A DNA stretch of 64,000 nt from IMG/VR virus record IMGVR_UViG_644736328_000002, positions 1,355 through 65,354 of that record, one strand, 5' to 3'. Position 1 is the first letter of the stretch. Each line of letters opens with the position of its first letter. This DNA comes from a virus (taxonomy: Duplodnaviria > Caudoviricetes). Shown here piece after piece: positions 52,858 to 62,165 of the stretch. A program made the position numbers and the translations under genes. The notes under the pieces were generated by a model. The model was given only the letters and a program-made list of their open reading frames with translations. It was not told the origin of the DNA and did no database searches.

Positions 52858-53280
52858 ATGAAATATGCACTTAAATTTATCAGAGATGACAATGATACTC
52901 TTCTTGTCATTTGCAAAGATTTTCAGGAATTTATTACCTATGGTAACGACGAAAAAGAAGCTTTAGAAAATGCTAAAAACGCGCTTTTAACAGTCATTAT
53001 GGGTCGTTTTCAAGATCGTGAAGTCGTTTCTTTTGGAGTTCGTGATACTGCTTATCCTTTTGTTGAAGTATCTTCATTGGTCACTTTAAAGATCGCAATA
53101 CATAACGCTATGGTTGAAAAAGACTTACGCAAAGCTGATCTCGTACGTCTTTTAAAACTTCACCCAATACAAATTGACCGATTGTTGGATTTAAACCACG
53201 CAACAAAATTAGATGCTTTAGAATCCACTCTCATTGCTCTTGGAAAAGAGATCACTATCAATGTTCAAAATGCTGCTTAA
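52858..53280 (+). CDS. hicB: HicB antitoxin with C-terminal HTH
   Basis: 'TYG.DE.EAL..A..AL', 'RKADL.RLL......IDRLLDL.H.TKLD'. Confidence 0.9.
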   Translation: MKYALKFIRDDNDTLLVICKDFQEFITYGNDEKEALENAKNALLTVIMGRFQDREVVSFGVRDTAYPFVEVSSLVTLKIAIHNAMVEKDLRKADLVRLLKLHPIQIDRLLDLNHATKLDALESTLIALGKEITINVQNAA

Positions 53281-53283
53281 AAT

Positions 53284-53826
53284 TTAGCGGTTTTTTGTAA
53301 AATGTTTATGAAGTGCATTCAGAGCAACATACAGCGAACCGACAAGATGTGGCAGTGATTGATCTTCACTAACAAGATACTGTAGTGCGGCATAAAGGTT
53401 ATGCTGTCTATAAAGGCATTGCGCTTCTTTTAGCACCTCTTTCATTGCTTCATAGTAATGAGTAGTTTTTTCAATCCATTGTTTTTTTGCCTCTTCATTA
53501 AAAGATGGAGTAAAGTCATCATAAATTGCATTTGGTAAGGCTTTTGCACAGAGGTAATTATTTCTCACTTCAAGATATTTTTGTGCTGCATCATACTGAT
53601 CTTGGTTAATCACACCTTGCAAATAAAGTCGCCCAATATAGGTACTGGAAAGTGGATTTTTAGCCTCTTCTATGGTCAAACAGAAGCGTTTGGCACGCAT
53701 TTCAATTGCCAATTTATCCATGGGTTCATGCGGTGTTTTTGCTCGTGAGATGCGTCCATTTGGTTCTCTGATACATCCTTTAATCCGAGGACGACCACGT
53801 TTTGCACGTTTTTTTCTTTTTGTCAT
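53284..53826 (-). CDS. Putative late-gene regulator (Q-like position)
   Basis: Basic N-terminus 'RGRP....REPNGR.SR', 'GRL...G.I...QYDAA'; between replication and packaging modules. Confidence 0.5.
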   Translation of the reverse strand: MTKRKKRAKRGRPRIKGCIREPNGRISRAKTPHEPMDKLAIEMRAKRFCLTIEEAKNPLSSTYIGRLYLQGVINQDQYDAAQKYLEVRNNYLCAKALPNAIYDDFTPSFNEEAKKQWIEKTTHYYEAMKEVLKEAQCLYRQHNLYAALQYLVSEDQSLPHLVGSLYVALNALHKHFTKNR

Positions 53827-53837
53827 ATTTTTTTCAA

Positions 53838-54293
53838 TCAGAACGGTATGCTATCATTATTAATGAGTGCACTATGATCAGCAGCCCCTGAAGCGATAGC
53901 ATAATTTTGAGAAGTAATAGGTGAAGGGGTAGGGGATGCCGATTGCTCTTTTTTGGCATCAAGTAAATATAATTCGCCTTTGAATTGTGGTAAGACAATC
54001 TCTGTTGTGTAACGTTCATGCCCATTTTTATCTTGCCATTTGCGTGTTTGTAATTTGCCTTCTACGTAAACCTTTGAACCTTTGTTTAGATATTGAAGTG
54101 CAATTTTTGCCAAATGTGGATTAAAAATCACAACTGAATGCCATTCAGTTTTCTCTACTTTTTGATTGGTTTTTTTATCTGTATAGCTCTCAGAAGTCGC
54201 TATACTAAAATTGACTATTTCTGCTCCAGAATTCATTGTTTTGCTTTCGGGATTAGCACCAAGGCGCCCGATTAACGTCACTTTATTTAGCAT
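53838..54293 (-). CDS. ssb: Single-stranded DNA-binding protein
   Basis: 'NKV.LIGRLG..PE', 'EWHSVV', 'KGSKVY.EGKLQTRKW', terminal DSIPF. Confidence 0.96.
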   Translation of the reverse strand: MLNKVTLIGRLGANPESKTMNSGAEIVNFSIATSESYTDKKTNQKVEKTEWHSVVIFNPHLAKIALQYLNKGSKVYVEGKLQTRKWQDKNGHERYTTEIVLPQFKGELYLLDAKKEQSASPTPSPITSQNYAIASGAADHSALINNDSIPF

Positions 54294-54429
54294 ATTTGTA
54301 GCCCCATTAGATTTGCAATTTATACATACAAAATCTTAGCATAATTTGCATATTTATTCAATTATTTCAAAAGGATATTATTGTTTTTTAACATATAAAA
54401 TTATGTTTACGGTGTATAAAATAAGGGGA

Positions 54430-54810
54430 TCAAGGTATTCTATTCTGCAAGCACCGTTTTTTTTCTACTTTCTCCATGAGTTCCTTGCACTTTGTCAGAT
54501 CTTGTTGTGAAAGAGACTTAAACATTCTAACAAACGTGTTAGAAATTTCATGGTTAAGTGGGTCAGAAGAGTTCATTGTAAAATTCTTACGACAAATATT
54601 TGCTTCTCTTCTCAAGATAGAAGCCGTTTCTTCATCTAAAGCATATTTCTCAATGATCTTTTCTTCCATGTCAGCAGGTATAGGCTTTTTGCCAATTTCT
54701 ACAGAAGATAAAAATGCTATAGATACGCCTAATTTATTAGCCATATCTAATAAACGTTCTGTCCGATCAATACGAATTTTACGTAAGGTTTTGCCAAATG
54801 GTGTAAGCAT
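54430..54810 (-). CDS. XRE-family HTH regulator
   Basis: 'LTPFGK.LRK.RID....L.DMA..LGVS.AFLSSVE.GKK.IP'. Confidence 0.85.
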   Translation of the reverse strand: MLTPFGKTLRKIRIDRTERLLDMANKLGVSIAFLSSVEIGKKPIPADMEEKIIEKYALDEETASILRREANICRKNFTMNSSDPLNHEISNTFVRMFKSLSQQDLTKCKELMEKVEKKRCLQNRIP

Positions 54811-54842
54811 GTGATTAAAGCTCCTATTAATGAAATCTGCAA

Positions 54843-55709
54843 TTAAGCTGCTTTGAGAAGCGAGCCTATATTCTTTTCTAAAAATTGAGGTACTTTGATT
54901 TTAGGTGAAAAAATCATCAATTCGGTAGCTTGCCTTTTCTCTTGTAGAGAATATTGTAAGCTAAATTCTATTGAGAGATATTGCCTATACAAAAATTTAA
55001 TTTCTTCAACGTTGTCATAAGTAATTAGCCAAGGCGCTGTCACATGTTGGGAGATGACATTCTCTAAATTATTATGATCATTAGCTTTGTAAAACGAAGT
55101 GTAAAGCCCTTTTCCTTTTTTAAAATAAGGAGGGTCCATATAAAAAAAGGTGTTTTCATCAGTTCCATAACGTAGCAAAAATTCCCGTGCATTTAAACGA
55201 GTTAAATGTATTTTATCTTTTTGTTCACTTATGCGAAGAATGCGTTCAATTATATTCTCTTTGTTAAATCGGCAATCTATTTTATAGGCACCGCTTTGTC
55301 CTTTCCCTCCAATTGGTCCAGCATTTTTAATAATTCCAGATCTATTTGTGCGATTTAAAAAGAGTGCTGCAAATCCTGCGCTAAGCACATCTGCACTTGC
55401 AGGAGAAATTTCTTTTTGTATGTACCATTCTTCTAAGTTAATGGTCGTTGTATTGATTTTTTCTATTAATTCTTCTGTCTTGTGCAAAACGCAATACCAA
55501 AAGCTCCAAATGAACAGATCAATATCGTTAATGTAAATATCTTTAACATCACCATTAAAAAGAAGCTTTAGAGCAAGTCCGCACCCGCCAGCAAATGGCT
55601 CTCTGTAGGAACAGCCATTTAATGCATTTTTCTCAAATATTTCTTTGATTTTTCCATACAGTGCAGCCTTACCGCCTGGATATCTCAATGGTGAGCAGAC
55701 ATGAGTCAT
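54843..55709 (-). CDS. Second Dam-like adenine DNA methyltransferase
   Basis: 'SPLRYPGGK', 'Y.EPFAGG', 'MDPPY'. Confidence 0.9.
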   Translation of the reverse strand: MTHVCSPLRYPGGKAALYGKIKEIFEKNALNGCSYREPFAGGCGLALKLLFNGDVKDIYINDIDLFIWSFWYCVLHKTEELIEKINTTTINLEEWYIQKEISPASADVLSAGFAALFLNRTNRSGIIKNAGPIGGKGQSGAYKIDCRFNKENIIERILRISEQKDKIHLTRLNAREFLLRYGTDENTFFYMDPPYFKKGKGLYTSFYKANDHNNLENVISQHVTAPWLITYDNVEEIKFLYRQYLSIEFSLQYSLQEKRQATELMIFSPKIKVPQFLEKNIGSLLKAA

Positions 55710-55821
55710 TGTTACGCGCCTTTTTCAATGATTTTTTGATGTTTTTGTTGATTTCATCTATGAACGTTGAGAAGAGACAACGCCATTTAATCTAAACAGT
55801 TTTATAAAATCGGAAATTTTA

Positions 55822-56388
55822 CTATGGTTTTTTAACTGAGCACTGTAGTGTGTAAATAGATATGTTTATTAAACTGCGTGTACGTAACATAAGAAACAAT
55901 ACACAGACTAAAAAAGAATACCAAAGAGCAATATCTGAGTACCAAAGTATAGTATCCAATGAAAAAGAAAGCTTGTATCCCACGTACTTAGAAATAATAG
56001 GTAAAGAGACCGTTTCTTTATAACTACTTGGGAAAATTAAAACGACAAGCGCTACACTTATTAGCTTTAAAAGTCGGTGCATATATTGTTGTAAATCACG
56101 TGTTAGTTTCACCCAACCTGTTGTATTTCCGCATTTGTATTTTGGGTTGTTTTGCAATTCAGAAGGAGTATTGGAATTGCATAAAATTGCAAAAACCGTT
56201 GTGACTATTACCAAAGAAACAGATGCGAATGTCAAAATACTCTGAATAAAGTAAAGATTTTTTTTAATTCCTAAAAAACATATAAATATAAAAGTTATAA
56301 TGCCAAACAAGGCTCTTAGCTGCTTATCTGTAAACATATTTATTTCCTGCGGTTTTCGATAATTTTTTGATCTCTTTATTGATCTCAT
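55822..56388 (-). CDS. AT-rich multi-pass membrane protein (moron)
   Basis: Four hydrophobic segments; very low GC. Confidence 0.55.
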   Translation of the reverse strand: MRSIKRSKNYRKPQEINMFTDKQLRALFGIITFIFICFLGIKKNLYFIQSILTFASVSLVIVTTVFAILCNSNTPSELQNNPKYKCGNTTGWVKLTRDLQQYMHRLLKLISVALVVLIFPSSYKETVSLPIISKYVGYKLSFSLDTILWYSDIALWYSFLVCVLFLMLRTRSLINISIYTLQCSVKKP

Positions 56389-56671
56389 CTATAAGAGGTT
56401 CGTAATTGAGAACGCTTTTCGGAATAGCACCACCGTAAACCCAAGCTTTCACTTGCGCTTTGGTACTAAAATCCGCATTTTCTGGTGTGGTATAATACTG
56501 TCCGCCATCAAACTTTTCACATTCTCTTGTGCCGTCTTCATATTCGTAGAGGTTGTAAAAATACTCCTCTGCTCCGTCCCCCCAAGGAACATAACCAACA
56601 GCTGTTGCAACCCACTTTTTTCGCATGGGTTGTTTACGGATTGTTAAGAATAAATGTTTAAAAATGAACAT
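56324..56671 (-). CDS. Hypothetical phage protein
   Basis: Intact ORF with phage-like composition, co-oriented with the replication operon. Confidence 0.55.
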   Translation of the reverse strand: MFIFKHLFLTIRKQPMRKKWVATAVGYVPWGDGAEEYFYNLYEYEDGTRECEKFDGGQYYTTPENADFSTKAQVKAWVYGGAIPKSVLNYEPLIDEINKEIKKLSKTAGNKYVYR

Positions 56672-56851
56672 GCTTTAATCCTAATTTTACCAATTGGTCT
56701 ATTTGTCTCAAATTTGATCATACAGAGCGTTTTATATTGCGGATATGGTTTTCATCATAAAATCTTTAAATCACTTTGTAAGGTGCCTTTTTGTCGATTT
56801 AAACACATGCCTAATCGTAAAATGATCAGCAAATTTCACTATTTTGCTGTT

Positions 56852-57478
56852 TTAAGCCGCTTTAGAATTGCTACTGTTATGTTGCTCTTCACTAGGCTTG
56901 CCTATTCTCAAGAATGAAATGCGCTTGCCTCCTAAAGCCAAATTACGGGTATTTTCAACTGCTATAAAAACCTTCTCAGCAACACCATAAAGCCTGCTTT
57001 CTAAATCGCGACAATACTGCGCCAGATCAGCACATGAGGGGACAAATGTTGTTGACATGCCTTTTGCTTCACCACGTATAAGATTTTTAACAGCTTGCAA
57101 TAAAGACCAGAGTGAAATGCCGTTAAGAGCTGCGATATAAGCCTTTGCACGCGCTTCTACATTCGAAACTTTTTGCATTGTCAAACCACCTTCAAGCACA
57201 TCAAGAGCCTCTGCTATGTCTTCAACAGACGCTTTCACGGTAAGTAAGTTTTGAACCGTCTGATAAGCTTCTAAAGCTTGTTTCTCTAGGTTTTTTGTCA
57301 ATTGACTGCCATTTCTCAAGGTCCATGGGAACTCCAGAGTTACACATTTCTCTATCTGTTGCACGGTATCTTGTAGAGGCGTCACTAAGCTGTGTTGCAC
57401 CGATAAGATTACGGATTGTCTCTCCGGTACCACCGCGAGTTCTTTGATCTTTTGAAAAGTTTCCATTGTTTCCACCAT
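56852..57478 (-). CDS. Replication-associated protein (possible helicase loader)
   Basis: Directly downstream of and overlapping the initiator; 'F.PS.A.L...C' motif. Confidence 0.55.
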   Translation of the reverse strand: MVETMETFQKIKELAVVPERQSVILSVQHSLVTPLQDTVQQIEKCVTLEFPWTLRNGSQLTKNLEKQALEAYQTVQNLLTVKASVEDIAEALDVLEGGLTMQKVSNVEARAKAYIAALNGISLWSLLQAVKNLIRGEAKGMSTTFVPSCADLAQYCRDLESRLYGVAEKVFIAVENTRNLALGGKRISFLRIGKPSEEQHNSSNSKAA

Positions 57479-58349
57479 TGTTGTTCGTGTTTTTCGTTTT
57501 TTCTAAACCCTCGATAGCCCTGCGTACCCAGTTTCTCCATGCTGCTTGCCAATCACGTTTGATAGCATTCTTTCCTGCACAGGCTTTCCAAAAATCTCGA
57601 AACTTTGCAATTTCGACTTTCACGCGCTCTGGAGACAAGCCCTCTGCAATGGCAAAATCGTAATCGGGTTCAAAATCCGCAGGCAATCGACAACCGCGAT
57701 TAGCTTGCGCTCGTTTTGCTTTTTGGGAAACGTTCTCTTGCTCGTGAATGGGAGGTTGGTTGTCTGATGAGGTTTCGATTTGCTCTGATGTGGTTTCAAC
57801 AGCAGCAACCTCTGTTGGTTCGTCAACCTGTTCGTTTGTTTCTAAACTTTCAGAACCAATTTCTTTTTTTGCTAAAACGATAGTTTTAGTTTTTTTATTA
57901 TATATGTTTGTATTGTTTGTATTGTTTGTTATAGCATCACAAGCATCATGCTTAGCATCATGCTTAGCGTCATTAGCATTATCACAAGCATCTTTTGTAT
58001 TTTTATCCCATCTTGCCTTCGCTGCCTTCTGCGCTCTCTCTGAAAACTTATTCAAATTCTCATTAGAGTTGTTGAGTTCCTCTTCAACCTGTAAACTCCA
58101 TAAACGACCGTCTTCTAAACGTATCAGTTTCTCATCACTCAATAAAAAATCTAGCGCTTTATTAAAAGCTTTTACTGAACAACCAGAAATGCGTGCTAAT
58201 ATAGAGGCATTCTCAAGAATTGGCTGTCTCTTCTTATACATAAGCAATATCAACATCATATAAGTCGATATTTGATGCGACGTCATTCCACTAGCATCAG
58301 ATACCCAATCAGAAGGAAAACAACGAACCCAAGCTAACTTAGTTGACAT
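57222..58349 (-). CDS. Replication initiator (DUF1376/YdaU-like N-terminus)
   Basis: 'WVRCFPSDWVSD..GMT.HQ...Y..LI..MY', C-terminal 'F.DFW..C.G....KRDW.AAWRNW'. Confidence 0.82.
   Translation of the reverse strand: MSTKLAWVRCFPSDWVSDASGMTSHQISTYMMLILLMYKKRQPILENASILARISGCSVKAFNKALDFLLSDEKLIRLEDGRLWSLQVEEELNNSNENLNKFSERAQKAAKARWDKNTKDACDNANDAKHDAKHDACDAITNNTNNTNIYNKKTKTIVLAKKEIGSESLETNEQVDEPTEVAAVETTSEQIETSSDNQPPIHEQENVSQKAKRAQANRGCRLPADFEPDYDFAIAEGLSPERVKVEIAKFRDFWKACAGKNAIKRDWQAAWRNWVRRAIEGLEKTKNTNNNGGNNGNFSKDQRTRGGTGETIRNLIGATQLSDASTRYRATDREMCNSGVPMDLEKWQSIDKKPRETSFRSLSDGSKLTYRESVC
57885..57991. repeat. Candidate origin: AGCATC-core iterons next to an AT-rich tract
   Basis: agcatcatgctt x2 (57942-65), further agcatc/agcatt/agcgtc copies, and tattgtttg repeats at 57911-30. 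Confidence 0.6.
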
Positions 58350-58680
58350 ATTTCCCCTCCTGTTCTTTATTATTATTTAGATCTTCATTGAAGTTATTGA
58401 GTTCCTCCTCAACTTGTGAACTCCACAAACGACCATCTTCTAAACGTATGATGACTCCAACCCTCAATAAATAATCTAACGCCTTTTCAAATCTTTTTAC
58501 TGAACATTTAGTAAGATAAGAGAATCTTTGTGAATTATTTATAAGAGGTTCGCCAGTGTAGAGCATTTGCAAACGCAACCTGAGATAAACATTGCATTCA
58601 ATCGCTGGTAACAAAACAATATCAAGAAGACACTTCTCTACATTAATTGTTACAAACTTATTTCTATTGGACATCCCCAA
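58339..58680 (-). CDS. Stand-alone paralogue of the initiator N-terminal domain
   Basis: 'CSVK.F.KALD.LL....IRLEDGRLWS.QVEEELNN' shared with 57222-58349. Confidence 0.75.
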   Translation of the reverse strand: MGMSNRNKFVTINVEKCLLDIVLLPAIECNVYLRLRLQMLYTGEPLINNSQRFSYLTKCSVKRFEKALDYLLRVGVIIRLEDGRLWSSQVEEELNNFNEDLNNNKEQEGKYVN

Positions 58681-59146
58681 TCTCCTTTTCTTTAACTAAA
58701 TATAAAATTGCTAAAGCATCTGCTTCGTTGTCGTCTTTAGGCACATGTCCTTTTGCACATATTGCCTTAATCATTTTTACTTTTGATGCGTTTCCTTTTC
58801 CTGTTGTTGCTTTCTTAATTGTGCCAACAGGAATGCCTTCATATGGTATCTGATGATGTTCACACCACGCTGTTAAGGTTGCTAGAAAGCCCCCATAAAT
58901 ATGAGAAGCGTCTGTACCCACATGCCGGCGCACCTCTTCAAAATACACCGCGTCAATTTCATCAACAGATCTCTTTAGTTCAGTAAGCCACCGTTTAAAG
59001 CGTAAATAACGCATACCACCGCCTTCAAAACGGCGTGATTGAAAATCTTCTGTATCGCTTGTTATATGACCATCCGCACCGCATATCGCCCAGCCTGTCT
59101 TAGTCCCTAGATCAAGACATAAAATGATTTGTGCGTTAGTGATCAT
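58664..59146 (-). CDS. RuvC-like Holliday junction resolvase
   Basis: 'ILCLDLGTKTGWA', 'YFEEV', 'DDNEADALAIL'. Confidence 0.85.
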   Translation of the reverse strand: MITNAQIILCLDLGTKTGWAICGADGHITSDTEDFQSRRFEGGGMRYLRFKRWLTELKRSVDEIDAVYFEEVRRHVGTDASHIYGGFLATLTAWCEHHQIPYEGIPVGTIKKATTGKGNASKVKMIKAICAKGHVPKDDNEADALAILYLVKEKEIGDVQ

Positions 59147-59227
59147 AATCCCCCCTTAAGGCTCTACGTATTTTTATGTGTGCTATGACAGAGCGCGTAG
59201 TTATAAGTTTTAAAAAATTGGATTAAC

Positions 59228-59755
59228 TCAACTCAGACACACACTGCACGCATTATCTATTAATTCGATTTCTTCTTTTCTTTTTTCGATGAGTTCATCC
59301 CTTAAGAAGTCAAGCTTACTTTCGACTAAGCACATAAACAAGATTAGCTTACTTAAGCGATAAAAAGATGATAACTCTTGAGAAAAATGATTATCAAACC
59401 AAGCAGTAAAAGCTTGCGTAAACACAGATGAAAACCATTGATTAAAATCATCGTACGGCAATAACGGAAAATAATTTCTATCATCACGCGCAAAGATACT
59501 ATGTAGCATACAAACAATAAAACCTGTTGATGGGGGCTTCATGCTTGTTTCAAGACATGCATCTTGAGGCGAACGGACACCATAATATATGTCTTTCTGT
59601 CCAATCTTATTAACAAGATCAATCAACTGGACTTTACTTATGGAGATTTGTGGGACATCTATCATCTCTGATCTTTCTTCTTTAAGAGTGTGTATGCTGC
59701 TGTTGATGTTCATTCTTTTCTTCATATTGAGATTGCAACATTTCATTTTGTTCAC
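59228..59755 (-). CDS. Hypothetical protein downstream of cro (CII position)
   Basis: Long ORF; true start probably nearer 59710; no family recognised. Confidence 0.45.
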   Translation of the reverse strand: MNKMKCCNLNMKKRMNINSSIHTLKEERSEMIDVPQISISKVQLIDLVNKIGQKDIYYGVRSPQDACLETSMKPPSTGFIVCMLHSIFARDDRNYFPLLPYDDFNQWFSSVFTQAFTAWFDNHFSQELSSFYRLSKLILFMCLVESKLDFLRDELIEKRKEEIELIDNACSVCLS

Positions 59756-60017
59756 ATGGCTTCATGCAAACAGTGGAACCGTTGACAAAAGCAGGCGTTG
59801 CTTTTTCTTGTATTGCAGTAGTAAAATTTTCTTGATACCAATCACTAGGACTTACATAATTATCCGTAATCTTTGCTATTTGCTTTATTATCCTAGGCTG
59901 AGGAAATCTCTTCTTATTTATGTAACGCGCTATTGATGTCTGTGTAACACCTATAGAGGCTGCAAACTCAGCGTAAGTAATATTATTCTTCAATAAATAT
60001 GATTTTAGCTTAAACAT
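59682..60017 (-). CDS. Cro-like HTH repressor
   Basis: 'LKSYL..N.IT..EFA..IGVTQ.SI.RY....RFP'; divergent from the CI-like gene. Confidence 0.85.
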   Translation of the reverse strand: MFKLKSYLLKNNITYAEFAASIGVTQTSIARYINKKRFPQPRIIKQIAKITDNYVSPSDWYQENFTTAIQEKATPAFVNGSTVCMKPCEQNEMLQSQYEEKNEHQQQHTHS

Positions 60018-60023
60018 TCCCAA

Positions 60024-60102
60024 ATCATACCATAGTGGTATTTTTAGTGCAAGAGATTTTTACCGTATTGGTATTTGAAAGATAAAATTTTTTTTATAGG
60101 AT
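60024..60102. promoter_or_regulatory. Immunity switch: divergent promoters and two TACC-N5-GGTA operators
   Basis: Operators at 60028-40 and 60061-73; minus TTGCAC-N17-TATGAT (60052-60024); plus TTGAAA-N16-TAGGAT (60075-60102). Confidence 0.8.
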
Positions 60103-60109
60103 AAGAATC

Positions 60110-60409
60110 ATGAATAACTTAAAATTTTTCAGAGAGAAAATGGGCTTAAGCTCTAAAAAGTTAGCTGAATTAGCAGGTACGAGTCAACCACAGATTTTTC
60201 GCTTAGAAAATGGTCATCGGAAATTAACAAAAGAATGGGCTATACGTTTAGCACCTCACTTATCCGTTACCCCTAAACAATTGATGTTTTCAGAACAGGA
60301 GACAAATAACTTAGATGCACAAATAGAAGATATGCTCGAACATCTAAGTTATGATAACAAAGTTAAACTTCTTGATCTTCTTTCTTCATTTTATCAAGAA
60401 AAGAAATAA
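60110..60409 (+). CDS. CI-like repressor, HTH only (no S24 peptidase domain)
   Basis: 'LKFFREKMGLS...LAELAGTSQPQI.RLENG.RKL'; 99 aa. Confidence 0.85.
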   Translation: MNNLKFFREKMGLSSKKLAELAGTSQPQIFRLENGHRKLTKEWAIRLAPHLSVTPKQLMFSEQETNNLDAQIEDMLEHLSYDNKVKLLDLLSSFYQEKK

Positions 60410-60523
60410 TAAATTTCTTTTTTTCATCCTCTGTTAATTTTTTCCAAAACGCTAATATTTTTTCATCAATCAATAGATTTTTATCCATTATTTCGCCCCT
60501 TCCAAATATAAAATAAAAAAAAT

Positions 60524-60565
60524 AACCATTTTGGTATTGACTTAATATTACCATAATGGTATAAA
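60524..60565 (+). promoter_or_regulatory. Early promoter TTGACT-N17-TATAAA with two TACC-N5-GGTA-type operators
   Basis: -35 at 60537-42, -10 at 60560-65; operators at 60524-36 (1 mismatch) and 60549-61. Confidence 0.82.
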
Positions 60566-60619
60566 TATCTCATAAACCACGCACAAACAATTGCCAAGAG
60601 GCGTTAGGGAGGAGAAATT

Positions 60620-60994
60620 ATGGAAAATCCAATTCTTATAAATTCCAATGAAATTTTATTAGTTGCCTACGATAAAGATCAACACATTGCAGAGTCTGGA
60701 CCACTTGATGCAAGCCAAGTTCTAAAAATTATTGACGAGGCAGATGATGCAATCCAAATCTTTCGTATAAATCCTTCTGAGAATAATTGTGAAGATATCT
60801 CTGAAGAAATTGCAGAAGCATATGTAAAAGAAAATATCGAACATCTCCATGAGGATAGTAAAGTTCATGACTTTGTACGCGAGAGTGTTGCTTACCATGA
60901 CCTTTTATCTGATTTAGCAGACGAAAAATATAATGATGAGATGTTTGGTACTTACGAACAACAACACCGTTTGCGTCCTTGTGATGTGCTTTAA
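60620..60994 (+). CDS. Hypothetical early protein
   Basis: Acidic 124-aa ORF with strong RBS aggagg. Confidence 0.65.
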   Translation: MENPILINSNEILLVAYDKDQHIAESGPLDASQVLKIIDEADDAIQIFRINPSENNCEDISEEIAEAYVKENIEHLHEDSKVHDFVRESVAYHDLLSDLADEKYNDEMFGTYEQQHRLRPCDVL

Positions 60995-61001
60995 AAATTC
61001 T

Positions 61002-61031
61002 AAAGGGCGCTTTTAAAAGCGCTCCCTTTTT
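61002..61031 (+). terminator. Intrinsic terminator
   Basis: aaagggcgcttttaaaagcgctcccttttt. Confidence 0.7.
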
Positions 61032-61059
61032 CCCATCAATAATTAATTAGAGTAAACTC

Positions 61060-61422
61060 ATGAACACACATGACACTAATAAAGATAGTGAAGGATATCT
61101 CATACCTGAAAACGAGGTAGACAACAAAATTGGTTATGCCAAAATGGTCAAAGCCCATGTAATGCATAGGCACTTACATTTGAAACAAGATTTTTCCACT
61201 TGGTTTAACGATTGTGTTGAAAAGCTTGATCTAAAAGAAGGCATGGATTTTGTTTTTACAAAACAAGAATGGAACAGACAGAAGATTTGTCCAAAATCTG
61301 AAATAGAAACAGATAAAACCGATAATCATTACTTCAAAATTCACGCAGCAAGGAAAATCGCTAAAGCAGAGCGTCATAGAAACTATGGCAGAATATTATA
61401 CCAAAACTTATGTTTTTCTTAA
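61060..61422 (+). CDS. Divergent AntA/AntB-like protein
   Basis: '[13 protein letters not shown]...V....L.EG.DF'. Confidence 0.6.
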   Translation: MNTHDTNKDSEGYLIPENEVDNKIGYAKMVKAHVMHRHLHLKQDFSTWFNDCVEKLDLKEGMDFVFTKQEWNRQKICPKSEIETDKTDNHYFKIHAARKIAKAERHRNYGRILYQNLCFS

Positions 61423-61433
61423 TTAAGGGGGTG

Positions 61434-62165
61434 ATGATGCGAAACTTTATTACAATATCTGAAAACAATTTTCAAAACACAACTGTTCCAACCATGTCTA
61501 GTCGTGAAATTGCAGAGTTATGCGGTAAGCAACATGCGCATATTATGCGTGATATTCGACAAATGTTAGGAGAATTATATCCTGAAGGGGGTCAATCCAA
61601 ATTTGGATCCACCTATTTAGATAAACAGGGTAAGCCCCAAAACTGTTACAACCTTCCTAAACGTGAATGCCTTATCTTAGTTTCGGGTTACAGCATGACA
61701 TTACGTGCTAGGATTATAGACCGTTGGCAAGAATTGGAAAAGCAAGCAGTAACACCACAAATCGACTATTCAAGTCCAAAGGCTATGATTGGCTTTTTGA
61801 ATTACCTACAAGGTCAAATAGATCAAAAAGACACCATCATTGAAGATTTAACACCAAAAGCCATGGCTCTTGAAAGCTTACAGCGCCACGATGGACTCTT
61901 TGGTCTTACAGAAGCCGCTAAAATACTCGAGATGCAACCAAAACAGTTCATTCTCTTCTTACAGAAAAAAGGTTGGGTTTACAGACGAGCAGCAGGTGGA
62001 AATTTGCTTCCTTATCAAGACAAAATCCAAAAGAAACTTATGGATTGTCCAACCATCACACTTCAAACCGCAAGTGGAATAGAAAAAGTCATTCCTTGCG
62101 CAAAAATCACAGCAAAAGGAATTGGTGTGCTGTCTCAAGAGCTTAAAAGACAAAGCATGCATTAA
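61434..62165 (+). CDS. Rha-family regulator fused to an ANT/KilAC antirepressor domain
   Basis: '[19 protein letters not shown]', '[15 protein letters not shown]', then an ANT domain. Confidence 0.88.
   Translation: MMRNFITISENNFQNTTVPTMSSREIAELCGKQHAHIMRDIRQMLGELYPEGGQSKFGSTYLDKQGKPQNCYNLPKRECLILVSGYSMTLRARIIDRWQELEKQAVTPQIDYSSPKAMIGFLNYLQGQIDQKDTIIEDLTPKAMALESLQRHDGLFGLTEAAKILEMQPKQFILFLQKKGWVYRRAAGGNLLPYQDKIQKKLMDCPTITLQTASGIEKVIPCAKITAKGIGVLSQELKRQSMH

Noticed and set aside
54843-55709. Restriction-modification system
   Set aside because: No endonuclease gene identifiable near either MTase
60363-60554. Small minus-strand ORF convergent on cI
   Set aside because: Possible short peptide, but it overlaps cI and the operator region and has no recognisable family; unsupported
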